Shown here piece after piece: positions 1 through 12,269 of a stretch of 64,000 nt of DNA (the first letter of the stretch is position 1; each line of letters begins with the position of its first letter). Position numbers and translations under genes: made by a program. Origin of the DNA: Macrostomum lignano. Lineage: Eukaryota. The DNA is taken from contig NIVC01001019.1 in assembly GCA_002269645.1 (NCBI GenBank), forward strand, positions 1 to 64,000, read 5' to 3'. The notes under the pieces are model-generated. The model did no database searches. It was not told where the DNA came from and saw only the letters and a list, made by a program, of their open reading frames with translations.

Positions 1-1685
1 CTGAGAAAGCCTTTGATAGACGAGATTAAATATAAGCAAGAAGGCTAAAAATCAATAAATGGATTACTATTGGCTCTTATAAATGAAGACACAAAATGCT
101 TCACCTTCAATCATTATGCGTTATGTCGAATTTGAACTGAAAAATCTTTAAATTTTTTATCTTTACGGACTAAAGACATTCGATTCAATTGAACTATTAC
201 AGACGAGGATCTAATGGGAGACGACGATATCTCCCAGTTTGACGCGTCCGACGCAAAGAAACTGCAGAAAAAGTTCGGAGTCAAAGAAAAACGCTCTGCA
301 ATACGCAAACTGAATCCGCAAAGCGAGCTGAAGGAACACTTTGAGGATTACACAGAAGAGTTGGTCGAATTCTTGAAGCGGCCACTATTCCGAAGTTTAA
401 GAAATTGCGGCAAAGTAAGCGAAACTGGCTGCAACTGTCTAAAGCTGATCTGCTTCGGTCAAGCAGAATGTGTGCTCAATGTAACATCGACTAAACTGTC
501 GGAAGGCAAAAAGAACAATGGACCGGTTCACCTGCCTGCGGACGATCCGAGATACGTTTATTACGTAACTAGCAAGCGACTGCGAGCCAGGCACAAACAG
601 TGGAGCGCCTTGGCAAGAACAAAATTCAGCAGCAGAAGCAGCAAGAGCTGCGGAAGAGAAGTCTGAGCGCCAACAGTTTCTTAAGTGCCGCCAGACGACT
701 ATTAATCCGTATGTGCTGTGCGACTGTAAAAAGTACACTAGACTATAAACCTTAATTATAGCGACGGCGTAGATAGAATAAACAGTTTTCGATCCGCTAG
801 GTGCTACATGTAACTTGAACTTGTAATTATGTTACACTACAATACACCTGCTATACTTATTGCACAACTTCACAAATTAGTCAAGGCTATTTAAGCAATT
901 ACCTGTTTAAAAAGTGTTCCTTTCAATACAGATTGCGCCAATGCTAGAAACTTATTATTGATATTATAAGCACGAAACAAAATATAAATCAATAATACTA
1001 TTTTACTCATTGATGTCAAATGTTGTATTGCAATGATATCCTTACATAAACACAAACTACGATTATTAGTGAATCATATTATTTTTTTGCTTTTAAATCT
1101 AATAGCTAATATTCTGATACACTGAACTGGGGCCTCTCGCATGTGTAGACATGCTTAGAGTTTAAAGAGGCACAGTTTATCGCGATGTTGCAATAAGCGT
1201 AGCTCTAAATATCTTCCACTGCGCATTAGTCTAATTGCTTAAAGCAGTGAGTGCAGTATTTCGCATAAATCTATCCTCTAGAGAGATTGTCGGCCTACAG
1301 GGCCTATTCCACTTTGCAGATAGGTAATTGTAGCTGAATTACGACCGTGAAACTGGAGCACACGAACAGCAAGGATGGATACGTAAATCCGGCAATTCGC
1401 CACAAGGCTTAGAGCAAATACTCCACTTTGCTGGCGTCGACGGCGACGCTCACAATGCATAGCTAATCTGGTTCTGAAGCCTGATTACTCCTCCCTTACT
1501 GGCCCACTTATCCCTAGCCAGCCATGCAGTTTCGGTAAATCGCTGAATGAGGTCCACCAGACCGAAAAAACCCCAAATGGGCTGAACCGATGTATTATTA
1601 GCAGACAGACGACAGATTGGAAGACAAGCAAGTTCACTTAGGAAAACTGCGGGAGATCTTTACAGTCGATAGCAGTGAAGACTGC

Positions 1686-1801
1686 GGGGTCGTACTATAA
1701 AGCTGTCGTAGCATAAGTTCGATCGTACGTCGGAACTTTTACACTGCGAAGATAGGAGCTAAGATCGATCTTATCTTACGATGGCTTTATAGAACGGGAC
1801 C
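1686..1801. repeat. Short imperfect inverted repeat / tiny MITE-like element
   Basis: Left arm GGGGTCGTACTATAAAGCTGTCGTAGCATAAGTTCGATC (1686-1724) pairs imperfectly with the reverse complement of the right arm, GGTCCCGTTCTATAAAGCCATCGTAAGATAAGATCGATC (1763-1801); about 38-bp spacer. Confidence 0.55.
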
Positions 1802-4800
1802 TGCATGTCTACACAGATAGAAAGAAACACGCACAATAATTTACACGCGACAAATACAGCTGCTACTGTTAAAGAAGAAAAACTTTATTGCTTAAATTTT
1901 CCTGGCGGGTAACTTTTATTGAGTAGAAGCGCATGCACTAAAACGGGAAAAAGCAATCAATAAGGAAAGTTCGTAGAATGCGTGGTATTTTCGTAGAAGT
2001 TGTTGTTAACTTTCAGCAATTCTATGCATCCAAAAAATTCCGTTGCAATGAATGAGAGTAGTTGCTCACTGACCGTAACTCTTTGCTCCGTCGCAATCTT
2101 GCTAGTGAATCCAGGGGGAAAGTGTGGCATTCCTTATCATCACACATTTGCGAACGGATTAAGTCGGCGAATTAAACCAGTCTTAACCGTTAAGCCTAGT
2201 AATTGAAAATAGGAATTCAATCTGACGGAATTGAGATGAAAAGTATATAAATATAAGGGAGCTAGCTGTCAACAAAGAATATGCACAAAATAGTAAGTCT
2301 TATGCCGAGTTATGCAGATCTCATATTGAATCGGGGAGCACTGAAAAGTTAAGAACTGCTGGATGAAAGAAGACGCGCTGGCGAAATCCCAGTTTAGCGA
2401 GAAGCCAAGTGAAACGAATCAGTTAATTAAAGACTGGCGAGGGAACCACCTCAAAAGATTCAACTGCAAAGCCTTTGCTCCACCAAGTCCAATTATTGCA
2501 CGAGACAGAGAGAGGAAGAGAGCACGGGCGCAACTAAACGGAAAATGATGCACACGAGGCAGCAAAGCGAGCAGAAGCAGAGAAGGCTTGGATCGAAAGC
2601 TTAACCCAAGAAATTAAATACCTAGATAGAGGCAACAGACGGCTAGCTTTCAAGTTAGTTGAGTTGAATGAAGAAACGGAAAGAAGGAAAGCAATGTTTA
2701 ACACAAAATCTAGCTGATGAAAATGCTAACCCTGATAAAATACACTACTCACAGACCTATGGTACTTAGTTTAAAATTTGCATACGAATTTAGCGCTGCA
2801 GTGAGGGGCTGTAACTAAATATATATACAGGAGACTATACTTTGCTGCTTCCATTGCTTTATGAAAGAGATAGGAATGGGAAATAATCAGCTACCAAGCC
2901 CCGAGGCGATACAGTTGGTGATGGAAAGGTGTAAAAGTGCAATGATTGACAGTTTACTCTCTAAATGGAGAAGCCCGCCAGCAGGAAAGAGAATAATTTT
3001 GATAGCAAAAGAGGGCGAAAACAGCCCACCCAGTGCCAATGTCTCCCTGCATTACGGCTGTTTGCTATCAGCTAACTGTTGTGGAGGCAGCTCTACTCAG
3101 CTATAATGCTATTTACTCATCTCACACTGGCAATTCGGATATGCGATTAAGAAAGCTTTTTCTGTCCACCATCGTGAGCTGTAACAGAAAAGCAGAACGA
3201 ATTTTTTGGGGAAAAAAGTGTAAAAAATCCGGCAAAGAATGCAACTGTGTAAAACGGGAAATGTAATGGGCAATTCACTAGAGCTGCACTATTGACGGAT
3301 CTAGCCAAAAATTCTTGTTCCGGGTGAGAAAACAGGGCAGACAGTAACCTTACAATGTAGTATAGCTTTTGACAGCCTATCTGAGAATCCTCCATACGCT
3401 GCCTGCGAGGGGCCATGGCTGCATCTTCCTTTAGTCTATGGAACTGCATGGACCACAAAAGCCAAAAAATGATAAAAAATAGACCATTTCAAAGATCTTT
3501 TTGGAGTCCAATAAAAGTTGCGAAATACAAACACTACTTAAAGTAACAAGCTAAGGAATCAAAACAATCATTCAATTTTTCAGCATCTAGACATAGGTCA
3601 GGCAATTTCAATAAAATTAGACATAATATACTACTGTTAGTGAGTATCAATATGATATAAATTATGCTCAGAATTGTCAAGAATTGTCAACTGAATTTTA
3701 ACTGTTAGCGTTAAAAGGATTCATTTACATAGTCAAAAAACGAATTAGCTTGTATATTTGAATTACTAAGATACCCTGGGTATTTAAGATAAGATTTAGA
3801 TAAGATAAATTTAGTTTTTTTATATCTTGCACTACTGCTATGATAAAGTCAATGGCAGGAGAGTAGTATATAATAATGATTGTAGAGCATTATATTACCA
3901 TTCAGAACAATCTAACAATGCTATTCTATGCTATGCTATAGTTATACTTAAATTTTTACCATTTTTAGCAATGGTCAGATTTAGATACCAATATTACAAA
4001 TAAGCTATGCTAGCAGATTGATATAAGATAGGAAATTAATACTAATAGTAGGAGTGCCAAGCCATTTTTCAATCTATTTTAAACCATTTTTACTCTACTA
4101 GCCTAATAATTTGTACTATATTTGCCAAGCCTTCAAGCTTTAAATCATATTAGCACATTATTAGTATTGTTGTTTGCCATTAGTTTGTTTATATTAACAT
4201 ATCTATATCATCTGATAGTTCATTCTTTGGTGGTCTATTCTAAATGTGATAATTAAACTAACAATAAAATAAATTATTTAATAATCTATAGCCTAAGAAT
4301 AAAATAAATAAGTTTTAATGTTATAATATTTGAATATTAGTCAGTTTAACAACACACTTTTATAATTCTTAGGCCTTGAAGCAAAAGTTGGAAAAGCAAT
4401 ATATTATATACCTAAATTGTTAGGTAAGTCCACAGATACTATAACCATAGATAGTTCACTCTTGTTTAGATTTTTGCAACTACTCTTTGGTTAGTAGTGT
4501 GAATGAACATGGATGCATCAAATGATCTAAATATAGGTAGCAAAAGTGATGTATTGTTGTTTTTGTGTCAGCTTAGTCACAAAATCATACCTACATATAA
4601 GCTTTCAAAACATCAAAGTTGAGTTCACTCCCATTTGTGTTGCAGACACACAAGCCTCTTGCGATTAAGTGCCAGATCAATGAATTCCAGTTGAAGCAGA
4701 CGTTGCCATTAATTAATAAATATGCATTTAAGCTAAAGTATGTAACCAAATGGGTATCGCTTCATTTGATCTTATGAAAATTGAATTTTTGCACCTATAG

Positions 4801-5432
4801 GCACAGTAGTGCCAATTGCATCAAAATTCATTTTTGGAGCAACTAGCAATTTTTCTTGCCATTTGCACGCTGATGCTTATCCAAAGAGTAGACATTTTTT
4901 GAGCCATAGACTATAACACAAAAATGGCTTAACTCAATGTAGAGTAAAATATATAGTGTTTTATTATCTGTGGGTAAGTCTCCTTATTTATTGGTATTAA
5001 AATTATAATCTTAACATTATTACTATGGAAGATCCAAAATTTCCCTCCCAATAGAAGAAGAATAGTAGTCTATAGTTTTAAATTATTTATATATTAGCTT
5101 AAATGCAATGCAAATGCAAATGCTATCCATGAGCATAATTTTAGCTACATGTAAGGCCTATTATATAATAATTGTTTAACACAAAATCTATCTAAAAATT
5201 TTTATTACAATTTCTAAATCTATCATGTGATCAATAATCTTGTTTTCAGTCACATATTTTCTTACCTTTATAAATTTGTCTTTTAGGCTATATAAGCTGT
5301 TGAAACCTGCAGATTTTGAACCTGGGGAACTCCATTCCGTGGAATTATTTTTGCATGTATTCTAAAATCTGAGGTCAAACTCAAACAAAAACTTGTTCAT
5401 AGTTAGGATAGAGTTTAACATAAAAGAGTATA

Positions 5433-6751
5433 TGAGGGGTGATCAAAAAGTTCTGCAACCTTTTGTTATAGCTTTTAGTTATAGAATCGGCAAAAGCCAA
5501 AAACTTACACATATGCGGCTATATCTGTTTGCTATATTTATATGCATTTTTGGCTTCCAAATGTGCTCCAGTAAAATTTCACAGCCATATATTTTCCATG
5601 TGTTTTCAGTAGCTGATGGAAACATTAAAAGATAGTGTTTGCTTCTATATCTTTATGTGCATGCAACTTGGTTGCAAAGTGACTGAGATTCATACCGATC
5701 TGGTGAATGTTTTAGCTGACTCTGCTCCATCATTTGACATGGTTGCCCGCTGGCTGCACCATTTTTTGGAAGGCTGGGACAGCTTCAACAATGAACCGAG
5801 GTCTGGTTGACCCCAGACATCCATGACCGAAGATGTCGTGGCCCATGCCAATGCAATAATTTGTGAGGATTGGAGCATTATGCTGAGATTCCTTGCCTAT
5901 GAGCTGGGTTTCAGCTATGGAAGTGCTTATAACATCATGCATGAGCAACTAGGCCGCGCAAAGACCTGCGCTTGGTGGGTACCCCATCTTCTCACTCTGG
6001 AGCAGCAAGCAGAGAAGGTGCACATCTGTTGCTTGTGGGTGCAAATGTTTGAGCCCCACAGCCCACAACGACTATTGGATGTCATCACAGGAGACAAATG
6101 TTGGATCTCTTTCTTTTACCATGAAGGATAAGCAGTCCAACATGGTCTGGCTGGCAGAAGATGAGCCAAGGCCTAAGGTGCTGAAGACCAGATTCGATAG
6201 TCAGAAGTGGATGTTCACCATTTTTTTCAACTCTCAGGGTGCTGTATCGGTGAACATCCTTCCTGCGGGTGCCACAGTGACTGCTAGGTACTACATAGAC
6301 ACTGCTTTGCCAGGCGTGCTGCGGGAGTAGCAGGAACATGCGTGAACCAGGCATGGACCTCGACTCCTGCTACACCATGACAATGCGGCACCACACAGAG
6401 CGGCCTGAACTATGGCGTACCTGGAGCAGCAGGGGGTCCGGCTGCTGCCCCATCTATCCTACTCTCCACACCTAGCACTGTGTGACTTTTGGCTATTCCC
6501 GAGGATCAAATCCATCATTTCTGGGAGGCTGTTTTCATGCATGCAAGACCTTGCCCAAGCGGTACATTCAGCTCTACAGGGTATACCAACTTTGGAGTAC
6601 CATGACTGCTTTCAGACATGGTGCACACGCATGCGACGGTGCATAGATGGTGGTGGAAAGTACTTTGAGGGAATGTGACACTGATTAGACGCCTCGGCTG
6701 CTGTAGCACTGAGTTGTTAGGTCACTTGCAGAACTTTTTGATCACCCCTCG
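5433..6751 (+). mobile_element. Full-length but decayed mariner DNA transposon (1319 bp)
   Basis: 26-bp TIRs (T/C)GAGGGGTGATCAAAAAGTTCTGCAA at 5433-5458 and 6726-6751; TA target duplications at 5431-32 and 6752-53; internal transposase fragments. Confidence 0.95.
5616..6678 (+). pseudogene. Mariner transposase pseudogene (stops and frameshifts)
   Basis: Consecutive ORF fragments carry WVPHLLT, ITGDKCW (TGDE-like), HDNAAPH and YSPHLALCDFWLFP (YSPDLAPxD-like) motifs. Confidence 0.92.
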
Positions 6752-6829
6752 TACATTCGTATAAAATTAGGATTTGAAGCAAGCATTGATATTGTTGGCT
6801 GGGATGCTGCGCAGAATGTCAAGCAAACT

Positions 6830-8230
6830 CTGGCTTCTACCTCTGCCTCTCCCTATGTCCCTTGGATCCTTTGAAACCTTTATCTTCTTTTTTGTTTCCT
6901 ATCTTCTCTCTCGTCTCTTGTCTCTTCTCTTGCTCCTTTCCTCTATTCTCTCTGGTCTCTCATGTCCTCTTTTATTTCTTCTCATTTCTCTCTGCTCTTT
7001 ACTCTCTCTTCTCTCTGCTCTCTACTCTCTCTTCCCTCTCCCCTCTTCTCACTCCTTACTCTACCCTCTTTCAACACTTCCCTCATCTCTCCTCTCTCCT
7101 TTTTCCTCTCTTCTCTCATCTCTCTGCTCTCTCCTGTCTTATCTCTCTTCTCTCTAATCTCTCCCCTCTTTCCTCTTCTCTCTCCTCCTTTTCACCAATT
7201 TCCCCTGTCCTCTCGATTCTCTCCCCTCCCCTCCTCTCTCCTCACTCACTTCTCATCTCTCCCTTGTCTCCACCTCTCATCTCTTATTTCTGATCTCTCC
7301 TCTTTTCTCTACTCTCCCATCTCTCATCTGTTTACTCTCGTTTCTGCTCTCTCATCTCCCTTCTCTCATCTGTCATCTTTACTCTCATATGTTCTCTCAT
7401 CTCCCTCCTCTTGTACTCTTCTCTTTCCCCTTTCGACTTGACTCTCTTTCCTTTCTTCTTTCTTCTTGTCTCTTCTCTTCCCTCTTCTATACTCTCTCCT
7501 TCTCTTGTCTTCTCTCTTCTCTCCATTCTCCTCTCTCCTCTCATACATTGTCTATTCACTCTGATCTTTGCTCTCTCATTCCCCTCTCTCTCCTGTCATC
7601 TCTACTCTCCTCTCTCCTGTGTACTCTTCTCTTTCCCCTCTTCTGACTCCTCTCTTTCCTTACTCCTCTCTTCTCTTCCCTCTTCTATACTCTCCCCTCT
7701 ATTATCTTCTCTTGTCTCTCTGCACTCTGCTCTCTCTTCTTCATCTCCTATCTCTACTCTCTCATCTTTCCTTTTATTTCTCTCATCTCTACAATCTCAT
7801 CTCTTTCCTCTCTCCTCTTCCCTTTACTCTATCATCTCTCCTTTCTCCTCTCTTCTTTCTCAACTCTCTCTCTTTTATCTCTTATCTCCTCTCATCTCTT
7901 ATCTCCTCTCATCTCTTATCTCCTCTTTTCTCACTCCTCTCTCCCCCTCTTATCTATCCTTTCTAATCTTTCCTCTCAATCCTCTCTCATCTGCCTCTCT
8001 GTTCTCTTATCTCTTCTCACTTTTCTCTACTCTCCTCTCTCATCGATCCTCTGTCTCATCTATCTCTCCCCTCTTCTTTCTCCCTCTTCTCACCTCTACT
8101 CTTTCCTCTCCCTCCTCTCTCCCCTCCTCTTGCTTCTTCCTCCCATATTCTCTGCTCTCTCCTCACCTCGTTTCTCCTGTTATCTTCTATCTTTTCTCTC
8201 ATCTCCCTCTCACCTCTTCTCTCTTGATCC
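6830..8230. repeat. CT-rich low-complexity tract
   Basis: About 1.4 kb of almost pure pyrimidine; the L/S/P-rich ORFs here are compositional artefacts. Confidence 0.95.
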
Positions 8231-8581
8231 CTGCTTCGAAAGCCAGTTTGTGGGACATAGTCACATAGTACTATCATGGTTGTTATCATTTCTCATGCTT
8301 TAATTACATTATCTTTCTGTCTGGCCAATTAGCAGCCCTGAGACTCTGAGAGAAATTTGTGTATCTCCAGATCCACCACCATAGTCTGCAGCAGTCTAAC
8401 AACCAAGGAAATATGCATTTCTTAGGTTAGGAGCCATTTAAATTTTAAATTTTAACCTTATGCAAAACTTAATGTTAAAATTTTCATGGTGTAACTAATT
8501 TAGTAGGATTGCATTGTAATCAGTTATTTATTATTTTTTTGAAATTTTCACAAACCATCTCGCATTGCCTTGATTTGCCAT

Positions 8582-9266
8582 TAGGGATTGCAATCCCGGG
8601 ATCCCAGACACTTTTTGGCCTGACAAAATCTCAGGATTAAGGGCTTGGGATCCCAGGATCGGAAACTTTTTTGATAAAGTGGGTGATATCCAGGAAATAT
8701 CAAAATGTTTGTATTTTAAATACATTACACAAGTAACATTTGCGCGTTATGATCGTGACGTGACTCCCAATTCTCGAATTGTGATTCATGATACAATACA
8801 AATTATACAATACATACAATACATACAAGTCTCAAACTTTTGTTGTGTTTATATATTTGATTACTTGTGTTACTTATGTAACTTGTGTTATATACATAAA
8901 AGCATTGAAAAATGACTGGGAGATAATTTTGCATGCATGTATTCATATTTTATTTATATAGTAGTGTAGTAGTATTATAGTGTAGTAGTAGTATAGTATA
9001 ATAGTAGTATAGTATATATAATATATATCGTATATCATATATATCTTATATAGTATAGTAGTAATATATATGTACAGAATGCATTCTTAATTTCTTACAT
9101 ATACATGGGCATTAGTTGATGAAGAATTTGAAGCGGGTTTTCTGGCATTCTATTGGCAAAAATATTTAAAATGTCAATCCCGGGATTGGGTCTGGGATTC
9201 CAGGATTGAGTCATTTCTTTGTCTGAGATCCTAGGATTGTAGAACAGCCGGGATTTGCAATCCCTA
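8582..9266. mobile_element. Non-autonomous hAT-type element (MITE, 685 bp)
   Basis: TIR TAGGGATTGCAA(A)TCCCGG at both ends; 8-bp TSD TTTGCCAT / TTAGCCAT (7 of 8 match); subterminal (A)ATCCCGGGAT-like repeats. Confidence 0.8.
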
Positions 9267-9679
9267 TTAGCCATCCTTGTTTAACTGCTGCAGATTTGTC
9301 TATACAGAGGACAGTGGTTTGAATCTTTTGGTAAACTCTCCTCTCCACATCTTTCCACTCACGGGGATACAGAGAAGGCCATTAAAAAGTTATTCCAAAA
9401 TACTTAACATTCACTATGTTCACTGAGCCCTATTGCCTGATCCTTTGTCTGGGGAAATGAGTTGGATAAGTGGCACAAACAATAGAAAAGCAGACAAACT
9501 TCACATGCTTACAGTTTCTGTCCTGATTGAGATACAATGTTGAGACTTTATATTTAGACAGAGAATGTGTCAATAAAGAATTGTGTCAAATCGCTTTACG
9601 TGGAGCAAACTTATAGTAGCCAAAAGTTAGTCATTTTAAAACCTATTTACACCCTTTGCTCAGATTGGGAAAGAGAGGT

Positions 9680-10090
9680 AGGTGGGCGGAGGTTGGGGTG
9701 GTTTTCTCACTGACAAAAAACAGCCTAACTTTAAAAGTGCACAGCGCCATTTAGGATTAACTTTGAGACTCAAAATTTTACATGATTGTGCCAAAATTTA
9801 AAGATTATCTCTATCTGTGTCAAATTTGAAGAGAATTGGTAGAAGTGGAGTGGCACTATGGAGGATTTAGTGAAAAAAATTGCGCATTTTGAGCATTTGC
9901 ACATTTTTGTACTTTTAGGTAAGAAAACTTGAGTCTAGGAAATTTAAAGGTAGCCTAAGACATTCTCCGTAGTAAGTTTAGGGTGGGTGTAAAGTTTGGT
10001 GTCATTTGGTTGAGAGGTTTGGGAGTCCATAGCAATCAAAATTGTACACAAAATAGACAGACAGAGTTTTGACTTTTATATGTAGAGATA
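9680..10090 (+). mobile_element. Possible non-autonomous Helitron/Helentron-type (HINE-like) relic
   Basis: Ends in ...GGTTGAGAGGTTTGGGAGT...ACACAAAATAGACAGACAGAG...CTTTTATATGTAGAGATA, resembling the recalled 3' end of such elements; no coding evidence. Confidence 0.3.
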
Positions 10091-10620
10091 GCTAAAAGTT
10101 CTCTTTTTGGCCAATAGTCTAATGGTTTTGTAGTTAGATAGTTGTATAACTATATAATTATATATTTATAGCCATGTCTAAATTTTTTCTTAGCTTATTT
10201 GTATTCAATATTTATATCTACAGTATTTAATTTTCTAACTTTCTATAGGCTAAACTTAATGGTTTTAAATACAAAAATAGTTTTTCTATCATTTACTATA
10301 ATATAATATTGAAATAAAATGATAGCAATAGTTTAACTAATCCCTTACATTCATAAGTTGTTTTTTTTTTATTAGCAAATATAGTAAAAATCACTAAGAG
10401 ATTGCATTATCTTAACTTTAGCTCCTACTATCCTAATTATATAATGTATATATAACAAAATATATTGCTTAAGTCTTTAACTTTGGCCTCTATCATTCTA
10501 ACCATACAATATATAGGCTTACATGACATTTTGTTGACTGCACCTATTTTTATATGTGCATATTTTCCCAGAATAAAATGTACAAAAAGACACTATAAAG
10601 TAGATTTAGTTGAGTAGCTA

Positions 10621-11548
10621 CGAGGGATATCCCAAAAGTCAGTGCACTTTTTTCATTACAGCCTTTTCTAACCAATTAGAAATATTTAGTTTGTAGCAGT
10701 TGAAAAGAGAATTATCTGCCATTAAAAAGACTTTTTATTTTTTTCAGTATCTGCTGGCATTCTTGAGATATGAACACTTTTCTTCCCTCATTCCATGCTA
10801 CTTTTACAAATTGCTATAGACTAAGACTTTGTACCTAATGCATGAAACAACGAAACATTCAACAAATCAGCAAAATATCTGCAACATGAAAGCTGAGAAA
10901 AGAACAGTCAAAAGTTAATTATCAACATTTGTTATCCTAAGGCTTCTCTACATAGTCATCACTGTGCTGCATACACTTCTGTCATTGGCTATGCATGCCA
11001 TCAATGTCATCAGCAATGGCATTGACAAATTCAGGAATTGCTTGACACTGATGCCAGACTGACAGTTTGTGAGATTGCAGACATGCTTGGCAGTCCAAAG
11101 TTCATTGTTTACTCAGTCACTTTGTAATGACTAAGGAGTTGGAACTGTCAAAGATCTTAGCCTACTAGGTATTGTGGCTCCATACCTTTGCACAATGACA
11201 ATGCATATCCCCACATGGCCAAGAATATATAGAGATGATTGAGCAGGCAAATTTTGTGCTGCTTTCATACTTACCCCTACTCTCCTGATTTGTCATTAAT
11301 TGACTTTGCTATCTTTGCAAAGATGAAAAAGCTGCTGCGTGGACAAATCTTGCTTGTTGTGGGAGCCTAGAAGCATTGACTTGCCAAGTTTTCTTTCATG
11401 AGATGCTGGACTCAGATTTTGCTGATGACATTGACAATATGTATAGCCAATGGAAGAAGTGTATATAGCACAGTGATGACTATGTGGAGAAGCCTCAGGA
11501 CAATGTTATTATTGATTAACTTTTGACTAGTCTTTCCTTAGCTTTCAT
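10621..11548 (+). mobile_element. Second, internally deleted mariner relic of a different family
   Basis: TA|CGAGGGATATCCCAAAAG left end; translated remnants HNDNAYPHMA, YSPDLSLIDFAIFAKMKKLLRGQ and QWKKCI*HSDDYVEK; right TIR degenerate. Confidence 0.8.
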
Positions 11549-11857
11549 GTTGCAGATGTTTTGTTGATTCGTTGAATGTTTTGTTATTTTGTGCATCAGG
11601 TAAAGTCTAGGGTAATGTATAGGGGGCAACCCAGTCCCAGGCCTAGGCCCGAAAAGTCGGGAATCCCGACCAAAATCGTGGCCCGACCCTAAAAAAGTCA
11701 GGAAATTGGGACAAGTCTTTTTTCCCTAAAGGCACTAACTGCATGCAAATATTTGGGTATTAAGTCTTGTAATATAACTCTTGTCTATTGTTAAGTCTTA
11801 ACTAATGTATTAAATAATAATAATAATAATATTTATTATATATTTAATAGTAATCCA

Positions 11858-12140
11858 TGTTGAAATTTGCTTCTTTTAATTAAATATATTTTATTAGTTT
11901 TAACAAAAAATACAGAAGATGAAAAATTGAGCAGTTTGGGGGGGCACTTAAAGTATTAGCATATTTGCAATATGAACTAACAACCATAGATACATCAGTA
12001 CGATACTGTATTGGATATTTATTGAACTTTCTAGAAAGGGATATGCATAGCAATTTGCATTAACAATATTAATCAATATAATGTATTTGAAAATTACTAT
12101 ATAAAATACTAAAACTACGAGCTATATACTATAAACAACA
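11858..12140 (-). repeat. Copia 3' LTR (283 bp)
   Basis: Direct repeat of 16703-17000 with scattered substitutions and short indels. Confidence 0.95.
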
Positions 12141-12269
12141 CTCCCACTAAATTGTCAGAAACTTATCATTGGAAGATTTAAGTTAATTGCGGTAGATCAC
12201 TCAGTAGTCTCTGATATTAAAAATGGATGACAATGACATTAGTTACTTCAGTTACTCCAGTTACTTCAA

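Noticed and set aside
214-666. 150-aa ORF with a Cys cluster
   Set aside because: No recognisable family or splice context; could be a gene or transposon fragment but unsupported.
2363-3266. Fragments faintly like CXC-domain transposon proteins (IVSC..KKCKKSGKEC)
   Set aside because: Too degenerate; Cys spacing incomplete and no TIRs found.
6774-8268. Multiple L/S/P-rich ORFs (also 25407-26382, 29508-30604, 32622-34229, 35292-35939, 39664-40638)
   Set aside because: Low-complexity tandem repeats with no coding signature.
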